Source: an uncultured Alphaproteobacteria bacterium (GTDB taxonomy: Bacteria; Pseudomonadota; Alphaproteobacteria; Rhizobiales; Xanthobacteraceae). From it: DNA of 64,000 nt. The stretch spans positions 30,381 through 94,380 of the forward strand of contig CAVUXO010000025.1 in the NCBI GenBank assembly GCA_963745515.1, written 5' to 3'. The number at the start of each line of letters is the position of its first letter. Positions within the stretch are counted from its first letter, which is position 1. A program made the translations under genes and the position numbers. This document shows, piece by piece, positions 1 through 10,021 of the stretch. The notes beneath the pieces were generated by a model. That model was given only the letters and a program-made list of their open reading frames with translations. It made no database searches and was not told the origin of the DNA.

Positions 1-1
1 T

Positions 2-250
2 GACGCCGCGGGCAACCTGAGCTCCAGCTCAGCCATCTTCAACCTGATGGTGATCAACTCCTCGCCGACGGGCGGCTCTGGCGACGCAGTGGCAAACTTC
101 GCTCCCGCCGATCAATCGTTCTCGTTCGTCAGCGATACGGGATGGAGTGAGATCGGCAAGACCGAGCCGGCCTACAATGGGCACGATGTCAACGTCGATG
201 AGCTCCATCAGGCCAGTCTCGTGCCTAACAGCGCCTTCCTGCTCGTTTGA
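2..250 (+). CDS. 3' end of a CDS truncated by the window edge; Gly/Ser/Asn/Asp-rich C-terminus, function unknown
   Basis: Frame 2 is open from nt 2 to the TGA at 248-250 (DAAGNLSSSSAIFNLMVINSSPTGGSGDAV...NSAFLLV*). No catalytic motif recognised. Confidence 0.3.
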   Translation, partial: DAAGNLSSSSAIFNLMVINSSPTGGSGDAVANFAPADQSFSFVSDTGWSEIGKTEPAYNGHDVNVDELHQASLVPNSAFLLV

Positions 251-259
251 CGTGGGGCA

Positions 260-904
260 CTAGCTCGCGCGCGCTGCCCGCCGCCGCCTGCGCATGGCCA
301 ACAGGGTGATCACGCCGAGCCCGGTCGCATAGAGTGGTAGCGCGCCGGGCAGTGGGGTGGTGATTGGGGCCTCGGCGGTCAGGAACGCGTTGCCGTTCAA
401 CGTGAAGTTCTCGCTGTCGCTGAATGTCTTCCAGCCGAAGACGGAGATCAGCTGCGTCGTATAACTAATGCAGGGCGGGCACTTGGTTGAGCGCACGAGA
501 CTGGTCTGGGGATAGTCGTAGAGATGGACGTACTGATCGTATTGTTGCGTGAACTGCCCCGTGAGCATGAAGCTCGGCTTGAAGCTTCCCGGTGTGGTGT
601 AGTCGAACGCATAGGTGAAGTCGCGCGTCGTTCCGCCTACGCCGAGCTGGAATGAGGTCAGCGCTCCGTTGCCCGAATAGAATGTCAGGAGGCCGCCTGC
701 GAACTGGGCGTTGTAGTTGCCCGGATCCGCTGAGAGATTGAGATGAAGGTTGAAAACACCCTTCTCGCCGGTCGTGATGGTGTCGGACTCGGTTGTGAAA
801 ATCGGTACGACCGCCGCTGAGCCGGTGGATGCCGGGAAAAGACCGTGGACCGCCGCGAGCGCCACAGCAATTCGCAACTTACGCAGCACGCTTACTACTG
901 ACAT
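260..904 (-). CDS. PEP-CTERM / VPLPA-type sorting-signal protein (secreted cargo, unknown function)
   Basis: N-terminal signal peptide (LRIAVALAAVHGLFPAST). The C-terminus TPLPGALPLYATGLGVITLLAMRRRRR has the P-x-P motif, hydrophobic helix and Arg cluster typical of PEP-CTERM/VPLPA-CTERM tails. It lies next to EPS export genes. Confidence 0.7.
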   Translation of the reverse strand: MSVVSVLRKLRIAVALAAVHGLFPASTGSAAVVPIFTTESDTITTGEKGVFNLHLNLSADPGNYNAQFAGGLLTFYSGNGALTSFQLGVGGTTRDFTYAFDYTTPGSFKPSFMLTGQFTQQYDQYVHLYDYPQTSLVRSTKCPPCISYTTQLISVFGWKTFSDSENFTLNGNAFLTAEAPITTPLPGALPLYATGLGVITLLAMRRRRRAARAS

Positions 905-1000
905 TGACGCCCCCGCGAAATAATCCGCGTTAACAAACTGTGTCGGTAATTAGATGGCGTGTCAACGCGATTTTCGCCGCTCGTTACCGAATTGCACTTG

Positions 1001-2258
1001 CTAGCGATTGTCGTGCCAGAGCGTCACGTCGTGCTTGACCGACACGAGGACGGCATTCGAGTTCGCGTGGTTGGTCTCGGCTTGCCGGTGTGTGAAGCGG
1101 TAGGTGAGCTGGGCGGTCCAGTCGCGCGCCAGCTGTAGCTGTAGCCGAGTGAGGCGGTGTAGACATCGACTGCATTGCCGACAAAGGCCGGCTGGTCAAG
1201 CAGGATGCCGTTGGAGCCTGGTGGCGCCGTGATATGCGAAAATCCGCCTGTCAGCGTAAAGCTCGAGATTGGATTGATGGCCTGCCGATAGCTGATGAGA
1301 GACCGTGCTGCGCTCCTGCAGGTCGCCGAGCGCGCTGGGAGCAACGCTGCGGCCGGCGAAGATCGAGAACTCGGTCGTCTTGAGCTTGTAGACGAGCAGT
1401 GCGTCACCAAGCCAGCCGAGTTTCGTGCCGGACGGCAAGGGCATGGTTGCAGGTGGAATAGGCGTCATCACGTCCTGTCGGGTGGTGGTGATCGCCGCGC
1501 CGCCGCAGACCTTCAAGGTCAGCTGCTTGGTCAGCCGGTGCTGCACGCGACCGTCGGGCGCCAGATGAAGTTGTTGGTGCCCGTACGCGTTGTCGAGGCT
1601 CTGCCACTCGAACTGCACCGCAGTCGTCACGTCGGTGAGGGGGCTGAGCTGGCGCCGCCAATCGGCGGTGTTGACGATACTGCGCGAGTCCGGTGCCTGC
1701 GAGCCCACGCGTTGCGAGGAGAACTGAATTGCGGTGACGCGGCTCGCCCATCCGATCAATTCCTGCGGGCTCAGCTCCCGTCGCGACGCCCCCTTCGGCC
1801 ACGTAAGTATCGACATAGCCATGCACGGTGGCGAAGCCGATGTCCTCGATCTGCACCGACGAGGCGTCGCGCCGCGACCACGACCCGCCGAGATTGTAGG
1901 TCGTGAGCCTTTCTCTGCCTTCGACGCTCGCCCGCACACCGTGGTTGAGCGCATCCGTCAAAAGCTCGGCGCCAGGGCCGGTGAAGGTGAGGTAGCTGAG
2001 GTCGACGGTCGCGGCAAACTTCATGGTCGGCGTGCGCACGACCGCGTCGAACATGAGCGAGCTGAGGAACGAGTAGGTCTCACCCTTGGACTTCGGTGAA
2101 AGATCGCGATTGTCGTTGAACTCGACGCTCTGCCCCATCTGCGATTTCAGGACAAGATCGACCGCCCGCGCCCCTGACACCGACGCGTCAAGGCTCAGCA
2201 CGGCGAGGCCGGCAATGGCGAGTGCAATCGCTCTCTGCAAAATGAGGAACCGTTCCAA
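1001..2258 (-). pseudogene. Outer-membrane beta-barrel protein of the PEP-CTERM-locus-associated type, disrupted by at least 3 frameshifts
   Basis: The protein can be followed through three minus-strand frames (1404..2258, 1196..1954, 1024..1410), then a fourth segment ending DWTAQLTYRFTHRQAETNHANSNAVLVSVKHDVTLWHDNR* (stop at 1001-1003). Signal peptide AIALAIAGLAVLSLDASVSGA; alternating beta-strand-like segments. Frame switches near 1795 (G-run), 1305 and 1128. Confidence 0.6.
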
Positions 2259-2308
2259 TGCTTAGAGGGCCAAGACGACGCAAATCACTAACGACCAGGC
2301 ACCAAGCA

Positions 2309-2881
2309 TCACTCGAACAGACGCCGTTCGGGAACGATGATCACGTCGTTCGCCCGCAACTCGACATTGTTCTCAAGATTCGTACCGGCTTCGAACGCGC
2401 GATAGTCAAACGTGATCACGAACTCGGCACCGCTGACCTCGCGCCGAATCTGGATGCGCCCCTTGGCCGCGAACGGCCCAAGTCCGCCCGCCATCGCGAT
2501 CGCCTGCAGCACCGTGGTGCGCGTGCGAATGACGTAGGGGCCCGGCCGAGGCACTTCGCCGGTGACGAAGAAACGTGGCTTGAGGTCGTCCTCCACCCTG
2601 CCGGTTGTCACCAGCGTGACTGTGATGTCGAGGTCGGCGGTATATTTGTCCCGCAGCCGCGCCTTGAGCAGCTTCTCCAGGCGCTCGGGGGTCAGCCCCC
2701 CCGCGCGGATCTGGCCCGCGAGTGGAAATGAGATCAAGCCGGTCGGCCCGACCACGACTTGGCGGTCGAGCTTGAAATCCTGGTAGACCGAAATTCCAAT
2801 CGTGTCGCCCGCCTGAAGCTCCTGGGCAAAGGCGCCGGTACATACCGCCAATATTAAGGATAACGCCACAAGGATACGCAT
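2309..2881 (-). CDS. Periplasmic polysaccharide export protein (Poly_export + SLBB domain, Wza/EpsE-like, short form)
   Basis: Signal peptide MRILVALSLILAVCTGAFAQE. Family-typical motifs DTIGISVY, VGPTGLISFPLAGQIRAGGLT, VTGEVPRPGPY, VLQAIAMAGG. Confidence 0.85.
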   Translation of the reverse strand: MRILVALSLILAVCTGAFAQELQAGDTIGISVYQDFKLDRQVVVGPTGLISFPLAGQIRAGGLTPERLEKLLKARLRDKYTADLDITVTLVTTGRVEDDLKPRFFVTGEVPRPGPYVIRTRTTVLQAIAMAGGLGPFAAKGRIQIRREVSGAEFVITFDYRAFEAGTNLENNVELRANDVIIVPERRLFE

Positions 2882-3164
2882 TGGGTGTGATCCCCCTGAT
2901 GAGAATCCGATTCAAATGGCTGCGGTAACTGAAGTCAACGGCGCCGGTATTATGTTGTTTGGCTGTGGCCTATTGGCCACGCTCCAATACCTCCCGGTCT
3001 GCATCCATATCTGGCTGAAATACAACGCCATTTCGGCACAGCAGGGGCGACCAGCGAGGCAGCGGACAGTGTGCCCGCGCCGATAGGGGGACTATGGTTG
3101 TACCGGTTCTTGCAGCTTAGCCGAGACGGTACTATCAGGGGTGGGTCGTAGAGGGGAGTTAGTA

Positions 3165-3984
3165 ATGCGTAACCTTAATTCTCGTGGTATTGACGTATCG
3201 CCAGCCGCTGCTCCGGGCGTTGCGGCGTCGCGGCGGCATTTCATTTCTGCCGTCTCGATTTTTGGGGGCCTCTTGGCAATGGTGGCACCCGCCCGGGCGT
3301 TGGGGCGATACGATAGTGACCGTCATGGCGGTGGCGGGTCCCATTGCTTTCTGAAGGGCACGCAGATCCTGACCGCTGAAGGCGAACGACCGATCGAGGA
3401 CTTGCAGATCGGCGAGATGGTCTTGACAGTTTCGGGCGAGGCCAAGCCGATCAAGTGGATCGGGCATATGCGCTTTGAGCGGGATGGACAGGCGTCATGG
3501 GATGATGAAGTCGCCCCGGTCAAAATCGCGCGCGGCGCTTTCAATGGCGATCTGCCCCACAGCGATCTCTTCGTGTCTGGCCGTCACCGCGTTTTTATAA
3601 ACGGCCTCCTGATACCAGGGCGCGATCTGATCAATGGAAGCAGCATCACTCAGGTTGAGCTCGATGGAGACGGATGTTCTCGAATATCTGCATATCGAGC
3701 TTGAGGGCCACGATGTCATTCTTGCGAATGGCGCTCCAGCCGAGACCCTTGAGGGCAATGCCGATCGGGCCGACTTCGACAATTTCGATGAGTACGTCGC
3801 CCTCTACGGGGCAACATTGACGAACCAGACACTCTACGCGCCGGTCGCGGCTCGCAATGGTCGTCGGCAAGCCTTGCAGTCTCATCTGCGCGGCATGTTC
3901 GCGCCTATCTGTGACCGCCGGCAGCCTCTCGAGATCATTCAGGATGAGCTTGCAAGACAGGCTCATCGCGGATTTGCTGCCTGA
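3165..3984 (+). pseudogene. Tat-signal Hint (Hedgehog/intein-like) domain protein, one frameshift
   Basis: AGGGGAG-like RBS before the ATG at 3165. Twin-arginine signal SRRHFISAVSIFGGLLAMVAPARA. The Hint N-terminal block CFLKGTQILTAEGERPIEDLQIGEMVLT continues after a frame switch near 3668-3675 as VLEYLHIELEGHDVILANGAPAETL (ORFs 3141..3704 and 3634..3984). Confidence 0.65.
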
Positions 3985-4168
3985 CGATTGGAACCGGCTT
4001 CGCGGGCCGGTTGCAATCTCAATCTTGTCGTGCAGATCGAGTGCGTGCGTCAGCGCATCCTATCGATTGGCTGTTGACACTCCGGTCATTGGGCGGCATC
4101 CGAGCGAGCCTGTCTGCGCGCGCCACCTGCACCCGCCGGGGGGCTATTCAGCTTGGGATGTTTCGACT

Positions 4169-4540
4169 TTGGATTTTTCCTTTACGAGGCGGGCTGCGAG
4201 GGGCGGGGGCTGGCTTCTTCTCGCGGTCATCGCGGTCTTGTCGTTGAGCTCCCCGTCCTACAGGCCGGTCACAGCGCTCGGCCACAGCCTGGAACACTTC
4301 CTCATTCACCTTCTGCTCGGCGTCGCGTTCGGCGTCGGGTATGCCGGGCGGTGGTGGCTGCTGGCTCTGGTTCTCGTCGGGTTCCTGGGCGCAATCGAGT
4401 TCGCACAACTCTTCGTTCCTGGCCGTCACGCCAGGCTTGAGGATCTGCTGATCGACGCGGGGGCAGCCTGCCTGGGCATTGGGCTGGCTTGGCTTGGAAA
4501 GGTCGTTACATCGGGCTTCTCGGGGCCGTCGCGTCCTTGA
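4169..4540 (+). CDS. VanZ-like small membrane protein (start uncertain)
   Basis: Only the C-terminal ~120 aa of ORF 3857..4540 look protein-like: 3-4 hydrophobic helices (WLLLAVIAVLSL, LIHLLLGVAFGV, WWLLALVLVGFLGAIEFAQLFVPGRHARLEDLLIDAGAACLG), the VanZ pattern. The TTG at 4169 is a guess. Confidence 0.45.
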   Translation: MDFSFTRRAARGGGWLLLAVIAVLSLSSPSYRPVTALGHSLEHFLIHLLLGVAFGVGYAGRWWLLALVLVGFLGAIEFAQLFVPGRHARLEDLLIDAGAACLGIGLAWLGKVVTSGFSGPSRP

Positions 4541-4971
4541 TTGCACCCTGGCCCAGACGATGCGGCCCTGCCGGATCAGAGCTGCTGTCCACCGGGCATC
4601 GCATTGGGCGCAATACGAAAATTGGAGCAATTCCTTGCCCGTGCTCGCCCCTTGCCGGCGCAAGTTGCCGCGAGCGGCCAATTCATATGGGAGATTGATT
4701 CTTCCGGATGATATGCAGCTCCGCGCAGACGGGCTATCAATGGCGCCGATTAATGCTTAATCTTGCCCGATTAACTTGACCGACACGACCGCGTGCGGGG
4801 CGCAGTGGTAGGATATTGAATGAGCCACCATTTCTGGCTATCGTAAGCTTTGAGGGCGCAAAGTACCCGAAGAAAAAACCTGCATACTATCCAGTAGAGT
4901 GTAAGGGGCGAGGAGAGCGTGGCCGAGCTCGGATTCGGTTTTTCGCCTTGCCCCGAGTGGAGATAGCGTAA

Positions 4972-7263
4972 ATGAATGCCAGAGATAACGATGTTCCTCC
5001 TCTGTTGGAGGGGGGTTATCCATCAAACGCAACTCCTGCATTCAGTATTCCTGACATCTTTGCAACGTTGCGTCGAGGGTGGTATTTTCTCGCGCTTGGA
5101 TGCTTCGTCGGGCTCGCGTTGGCGATCTCCTATCTCGTATTCGCACCCACGCTGTACAAGAGCAGCGCTCGTCTTCTGATTGATCTCAGCGTAAACCGAT
5201 ATTTGCAGATTAATAAGATCGTCGACGAGCCGACTTTCCATCAGGTGGAGATTGGGAGCCAAGTCTACATCTTGTCGTCGGAAAGCGTTGTCGTTCCCGT
5301 AATTCGAGCAATGGATCTGACTCACGACAGTGAATTCGTTGGTGTGCAGAATGCGGCGGACGGCAAGATCGCCGGGCTCAAAAAGTTCATCAAAGAACTC
5401 ATCGGTTGGAATGTCGAGGGCGATGCCGGGATCGATCCGGAAGCCGCTCTCGAGCGAACAGCGGTCGAAGCCTTTCTGACTCGTCTGCAAGTTTATCGGG
5501 AGGATGCCGGCAACGTCATCAATGTGACCTTCGGGTCGTCGGATCCGAAGAAGGCGGCCAACATCGCCAATGCAGTGGCCGACACTTATATCTCCACCAC
5601 CCTGGAGGCCAAATATAAGTCAACCAAGACAATGAGCCAGTGGCTGCAGGACCGATTGAAGGATTTGAAGGAGCAAGCGATTGATGCCGATCGGGCGTTG
5701 CAGGATTACAAGATCGCCAACAATCTGGTGAGTACCGGCAAGGCTCTGGGCGCGGAAGAATTGGCGCGCCTGAACCTTCAATTGACGGATGCCCGCGTCG
5801 CGATGGCCGAGGCCAAGGCGCGGCTCGACCGCATCGAGCAGATCAGCAGCGAAGGAATATTGGCTAGCCTCGACACCGAGGTTCGAATGCGCGAGTCGCG
5901 CAAGACTGCCTCAGGATCGCTGGGCTATGCCTTGAACAATACCGATCTGGCGAGACTTCGCGCACAATACCGGGACTTGGTTGCCAGGCTCAACGAGGTG
6001 GAGTCCCGCGTAGGGCCCCAGCACGAGGTTGTCGTCAAGCTTCAGAGGAAGATGGAGGAGCTGCTCTCGGCAATCAGAGAGGAGGAGCTGCGAATAACTA
6101 ACTCCTACGCCAACGAATATGAGCTCGCGAAGGCGCGCGAGAAGCAGCTGGTGGCGAGCCTTGCCCAATTGGTCGGACAAACCGAGACCGGCAGCCAGGC
6201 TCAGGTCAAGATGCGTGAGCTCGAAAGCTCGGCTGATACGGTACGCAGCCTGTACAACAGCTTCCTGCAGAAATTCAACGAGATCAGCACGATCCAGAGT
6301 CAGAACGTCCCGGTGCAGGATGCCCGCATTGTCACGCGGGCGGCGCCGCAGCTGCAAACCAGCAAGAAGTCGGTAGCAGCGCTGGCTGGAGGTCTTATTT
6401 TCGGCCTTCTTATGGGTGCCGGAGCAGCCATGGCGCGAGAATGGGCCGCTGACGTGTTTCGGACACCCAAGAAGGTCGAGCAAGTCACCAACAAGGCCTG
6501 CGTTATCTTGCCGATGGTGCGGCCGAAGCGGGCGTCTGGGGGATTCTGGGGCAGCACCAAATCGCAGCCAATCGAAGAGTTCATTCTTGATGCACCGTAC
6601 TCGCGTTTCACGGAGTCGCTGCGTAACATTAAAGCCCTGATCGATATCGGCCCGCGTGTGGAAGGCGCCAAGGTGATCGGGATCGTGTCCTCGCTCGCCA
6701 AGGAAGGCAAGACGACGATCGCCGCAAATTTGGCGGCTCTTATGATCGCGTCATCGGGTGCCCGTACGCTGATCATCGATGCTGATCTTCATCGGCGGCT
6801 GCTGACCGCCGCATTGGCGCCCGAAGCCGATCGCGGATTGATCGAGGCGCTCGACGATCCGTCGGAGCTTGCCTCATATATCTACACACGGGAGCGCTCG
6901 GGACTGCATGTTTTGCCTTGCGCTCTCGCGACTCGCGTACCCAATGCGGCCGAACTGCTCGGCTCGGCGAAGATGGAGCAGCTGTTGGAAGTTGCGCGCA
7001 AGGCCTATGACTACATCATCATCGAGGTCGCGCCTATCATGTCGGTCGTTGACGTCAAAATGATCGAGCGCTTCATTGATAGCTTCATCTTTGTCGTGGA
7101 GTGGGGACATACCAAGCAAAGCCTCGTGCTGGAGGCGCTTTCCGAAGCGCCCAACGTGGGCGAGCGCGTCAGCGGCATCGTCCTCAACAAGGCGGCCCCC
7201 TCGGCGCTAAAGAGAATCGAAGCCTACAAAGGGGAAAGGTTCAGGAACTACTATGAAGAATGA
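4972..7263 (+). CDS. Polysaccharide co-polymerase / BY-tyrosine autokinase (ExoP/GumC/Wzc family, chain-length determinant fused to P-loop ATPase)
   Basis: Wzz-like N-terminal TM, long coiled-coil periplasmic region and a second TM (VAALAGGLIFGLLMGAGAAMA). Walker A GIVSSLAKEGKTTIAANLA, A' LIIDADLHRR, Walker B DYIIIEVAP, Tyr-containing tail AYKGERFRNYYEE. Confidence 0.9.
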   Translation: MNARDNDVPPLLEGGYPSNATPAFSIPDIFATLRRGWYFLALGCFVGLALAISYLVFAPTLYKSSARLLIDLSVNRYLQINKIVDEPTFHQVEIGSQVYILSSESVVVPVIRAMDLTHDSEFVGVQNAADGKIAGLKKFIKELIGWNVEGDAGIDPEAALERTAVEAFLTRLQVYREDAGNVINVTFGSSDPKKAANIANAVADTYISTTLEAKYKSTKTMSQWLQDRLKDLKEQAIDADRALQDYKIANNLVSTGKALGAEELARLNLQLTDARVAMAEAKARLDRIEQISSEGILASLDTEVRMRESRKTASGSLGYALNNTDLARLRAQYRDLVARLNEVESRVGPQHEVVVKLQRKMEELLSAIREEELRITNSYANEYELAKAREKQLVASLAQLVGQTETGSQAQVKMRELESSADTVRSLYNSFLQKFNEISTIQSQNVPVQDARIVTRAAPQLQTSKKSVAALAGGLIFGLLMGAGAAMAREWAADVFRTPKKVEQVTNKACVILPMVRPKRASGGFWGSTKSQPIEEFILDAPYSRFTESLRNIKALIDIGPRVEGAKVIGIVSSLAKEGKTTIAANLAALMIASSGARTLIIDADLHRRLLTAALAPEADRGLIEALDDPSELASYIYTRERSGLHVLPCALATRVPNAAELLGSAKMEQLLEVARKAYDYIIIEVAPIMSVVDVKMIERFIDSFIFVVEWGHTKQSLVLEALSEAPNVGERVSGIVLNKAAPSALKRIEAYKGERFRNYYEE

Positions 7264-7509
7264 CCGGCGCGCGCTGTGTGTCGCAGCCGACCTGAGGCCT
7301 AGGCAGCGGAACCGATTGCAGCCCCTCGCTGAGTACGGCCAGCGCCGCTCTTGAGCGAATTCGCGGGCCCGCCCACATTGTCCGACAGCAACACCATACC
7401 CGACAGCAACACCATGAATGATGAATTCAGCCGCGTGTCGGCAGCTTTGAAGATGTCTGATTCCTGAATTCAGGCGGCACACCCCACGAACGACGGAAGG
7501 CGTGTACTC

Positions 7510-8631
7510 GTGCAAGGTCAGGTTTTGCTGTTATCGCAGCGCAGGATTTCCGACCTCGTCGCGTATTGCCTCGCTTACGAATTCGAAGACGTTTTCGGGG
7601 CTGTCACGAATGCCCAGCGAATCGACACGACCGACCGGCCGGGTCTGGAGTTCTCCCGGCGCGCCTATAAGCTCGTGCGCTTGGCGTCCGGGTCGCCTCG
7701 GCTTGCGCGCCAACTGGCGCCTTATCCGCGAAGCAAGGTGATCTTGGAGCGTGACTTCGAGCTCTTCTTCCCGGTCTTCAGCCACATCTACGAGCTGTAT
7801 TCGCTCGAGACAATTCCGAACTGGCGTCAACGCTGCCGCAAGGCGGCCTGCTTCATCACCGAAGTGTGGTCGGATCTGCTACCCGATTATCTGCTCGAGC
7901 TTTTATCGAACTTTGATCATGTGTTTATTGGAACGCGTCACTGCGTCCAGGATGTGGCGCGGATGACCGGTCGACCGTGCAGCTATCTGCCGTTCGCCGT
8001 TGATGTGGTGCGCTTCGCGGCGGGATCGCTTGATCAGCCGCGCCCAATCGATGTCTGCAATATCGGTCGGCGCTCGTCGGTCACTCACCAGGCGCTGCTC
8101 GAGGATGCGCAGCGGCAACAAAGCTTTTATTATTACGACACCGTAGCCGCGACGGGCGCCGACCGTACGTTCCGCGTCGACAGCCCGCACGAGCATCGCA
8201 TGATGTTCGCGACTTTCCTCAAACATAGCCGCTACTTCATCGCCAACCGAAGCTATGTCAATAGACCGGAGTTCTCCGCGGGACGCGATGAGATCTCCGC
8301 GCGGTTCTACGAGGGCGCTGCGGCGGGGACGGTGATGATTGGAGAGGCGCCGCGCACCGAAGAGTTCAAACGCCAATTCGATTGGCCGGATGCGGTCATT
8401 CACCTGCCATTCGATTCTCCCGATGTCGCCAGTGTCCTGGCAGATCTGAATCGGCAGCCCGAACGGCTGCGGGCGGTTCAGCGCAAGAATGCCCGAGAGG
8501 CCGCGCTCAGGCACGATTGGTTGCATCGAATACAGATGGTGTGCGACGCCGTCGGACTGGCGCCGACCGAAGGAATGCAGGCTCGCGCGCGGCGGCTCGA
8601 TCAGATCGCGTCACGAGTGCTGGCAACGTAA
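7510..8631 (+). CDS. CgeB-like glycosyltransferase-family protein (Glyco_trans_1_2-type C-terminal domain)
   Basis: The C-terminal block RFYEGAAAGTVMIGEAP...LRHDWLHRIQMV resembles the CgeB/DUF3880-type GT1-like fold. 373-aa ORF with coding-type composition. Confidence 0.55.
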   Translation: MQGQVLLLSQRRISDLVAYCLAYEFEDVFGAVTNAQRIDTTDRPGLEFSRRAYKLVRLASGSPRLARQLAPYPRSKVILERDFELFFPVFSHIYELYSLETIPNWRQRCRKAACFITEVWSDLLPDYLLELLSNFDHVFIGTRHCVQDVARMTGRPCSYLPFAVDVVRFAAGSLDQPRPIDVCNIGRRSSVTHQALLEDAQRQQSFYYYDTVAATGADRTFRVDSPHEHRMMFATFLKHSRYFIANRSYVNRPEFSAGRDEISARFYEGAAAGTVMIGEAPRTEEFKRQFDWPDAVIHLPFDSPDVASVLADLNRQPERLRAVQRKNAREAALRHDWLHRIQMVCDAVGLAPTEGMQARARRLDQIASRVLAT

Positions 8632-8800
8632 TTTAATTTTCGTGGAGCCGCAGAAGCAAGCCGACCTGCAAACCACCCAAGAGACGCCTGACTCCTCAGG
8701 CGCTTAAACCAAATCAAAATCGGGTCAACTCAAATCAACGACTGGAAAGCGCCACGTTGGGGCGATTCCCTCCAGTCCCTGTACGAGAGAGGGGCCTGCC

Positions 8801-10021
8801 TCACGGTCCCGTAGAACCCGGCACGAGAATTGCCCCTCCGATGCCTTGGGCTGTGTTTTTCAACAGATAGACACTCGTTGCGGCGTCGACCGGGTCCTTC
8901 GCGGTCGAGATGATCAGCTTCAGATAGGTGAGGAACTTCGATGCATCGACGGTCGGCGCATTGGAGATGTAGAGGACATCCTTGTTCCTGACCTCGAACT
9001 TGGTGGCCAGGAAAAAGCCCGCCGGATCGCGGAGATTGATATTGTAGATGATCGGGATGATCGGGCCCGTGAACGGGGTGCAATCGACGCCGAGTGCCAT
9101 TGCGACTTCGCGAGTCTCGCCCCGGTAAAGGAAGACCGCGCCGGGATCGGCTTGCGTGTCGGCGAGGCCGGCGGCCTTTGCGGCTGCTTCGGCGAGCGAG
9201 ATTCGCCAGGCATCAAACGCGAACTGGCCCTGCCGACCGGTGGCGCCAAAAGCGACGAAGGTCAGGGGATCCTTATAGATAAAGATCGTGTCCTGGGCGC
9301 GCACGTAGATATTGTTTGACGGCTCATAGATGAGCGCTCCGAACGGTACCGTTTCCCGGCGTCCGCCACGCTCCAGCATGACCCAAAGATCATGCCCGGG
9401 GGCTCTAAGCCCTGCGCGCGTAATCGCATCGAGAACTCGCTCTCCGCTCGCGCTCGCGGGGAAGCGTATCGATCCGACCGATTTGCCAAGTACGTTGATC
9501 GATGAGGCGCGTTGGTCTGCCCAGGACACAATAGCCTGCGGCTCCAATGCTCGATCCTTCAGCGCAGCAACAATGTTGTTCTGAATCTCGGCTGCGGTTT
9601 TGCCCTTAGCCCGGATCGCTCCTGCATAGGGAACGAAGATGTTGCCCTTGTTGTCAACGGATTGGGGTGGAAGGGTGACGAAATTGCCCGCGCGCGCGCC
9701 TGCTTCCGCAGGGATAAAGAGACCGCCCGAGGCGGACTCGTACAGGGTGATGGTGACGACATCTCCGATGCCAAACCGGAGTTCGTCGGGCCCGCGCCTG
9801 TCTTTGAACGTCGTAGAAAATCTTGGGGTATTGCGGCCGAGCACTTCCAGAACAGCCGGCGTCACGCGCACGAAGGCATAAGGAAGGCTCTCGGCATCCC
9901 GCTGGCCTTGCCGAACGTCTGTGCTCTGCGGGCCTGATGTCGGCACAAGGGTAGCGCAGCCACCCAACGCAACGGCTGCGCCGAGAACAATAAGGCCTGC
10001 GAGGACTCGAAATTCGTGCAC
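8801..10021 (-). CDS. Outer-membrane polysaccharide export lipoprotein (Wza/GumB/ExoF family; Poly_export + two SLBB domains)
   Basis: Lipobox LGGCA. Motifs GIGDVVTITLYE, PPQSVDNKGNIFVPYAGAIRAKGKTAAEI, NVLGKSVGSIRFP, ERVLDAITRAGL. Confidence 0.85.
   Translation of the reverse strand: MHEFRVLAGLIVLGAAVALGGCATLVPTSGPQSTDVRQGQRDAESLPYAFVRVTPAVLEVLGRNTPRFSTTFKDRRGPDELRFGIGDVVTITLYESASGGLFIPAEAGARAGNFVTLPPQSVDNKGNIFVPYAGAIRAKGKTAAEIQNNIVAALKDRALEPQAIVSWADQRASSINVLGKSVGSIRFPASASGERVLDAITRAGLRAPGHDLWVMLERGGRRETVPFGALIYEPSNNIYVRAQDTIFIYKDPLTFVAFGATGRQGQFAFDAWRISLAEAAAKAAGLADTQADPGAVFLYRGETREVAMALGVDCTPFTGPIIPIIYNINLRDPAGFFLATKFEVRNKDVLYISNAPTVDASKFLTYLKLIISTAKDPVDAATSVYLLKNTAQGIGGAILVPGSTGP

Noticed and set aside
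4148-4681. 177-aa minus-strand ORF antisense to the VanZ-like gene, and the 5' two thirds of ORF 3857..4540.
   Set aside because: Both are Arg/Pro/Gln-rich with no hydrophobic or structural pattern. Only the 3' ~370 nt of the + strand ORF has membrane-protein character.
8684-8702. Small hairpin (cgcctga-ctcc-tcaggcg) between the convergent CgeB-like and Wza-like genes, as a possible terminator.
   Set aside because: The stem is only 7 bp and no U-tract follows, which is too weak to call an intrinsic terminator.
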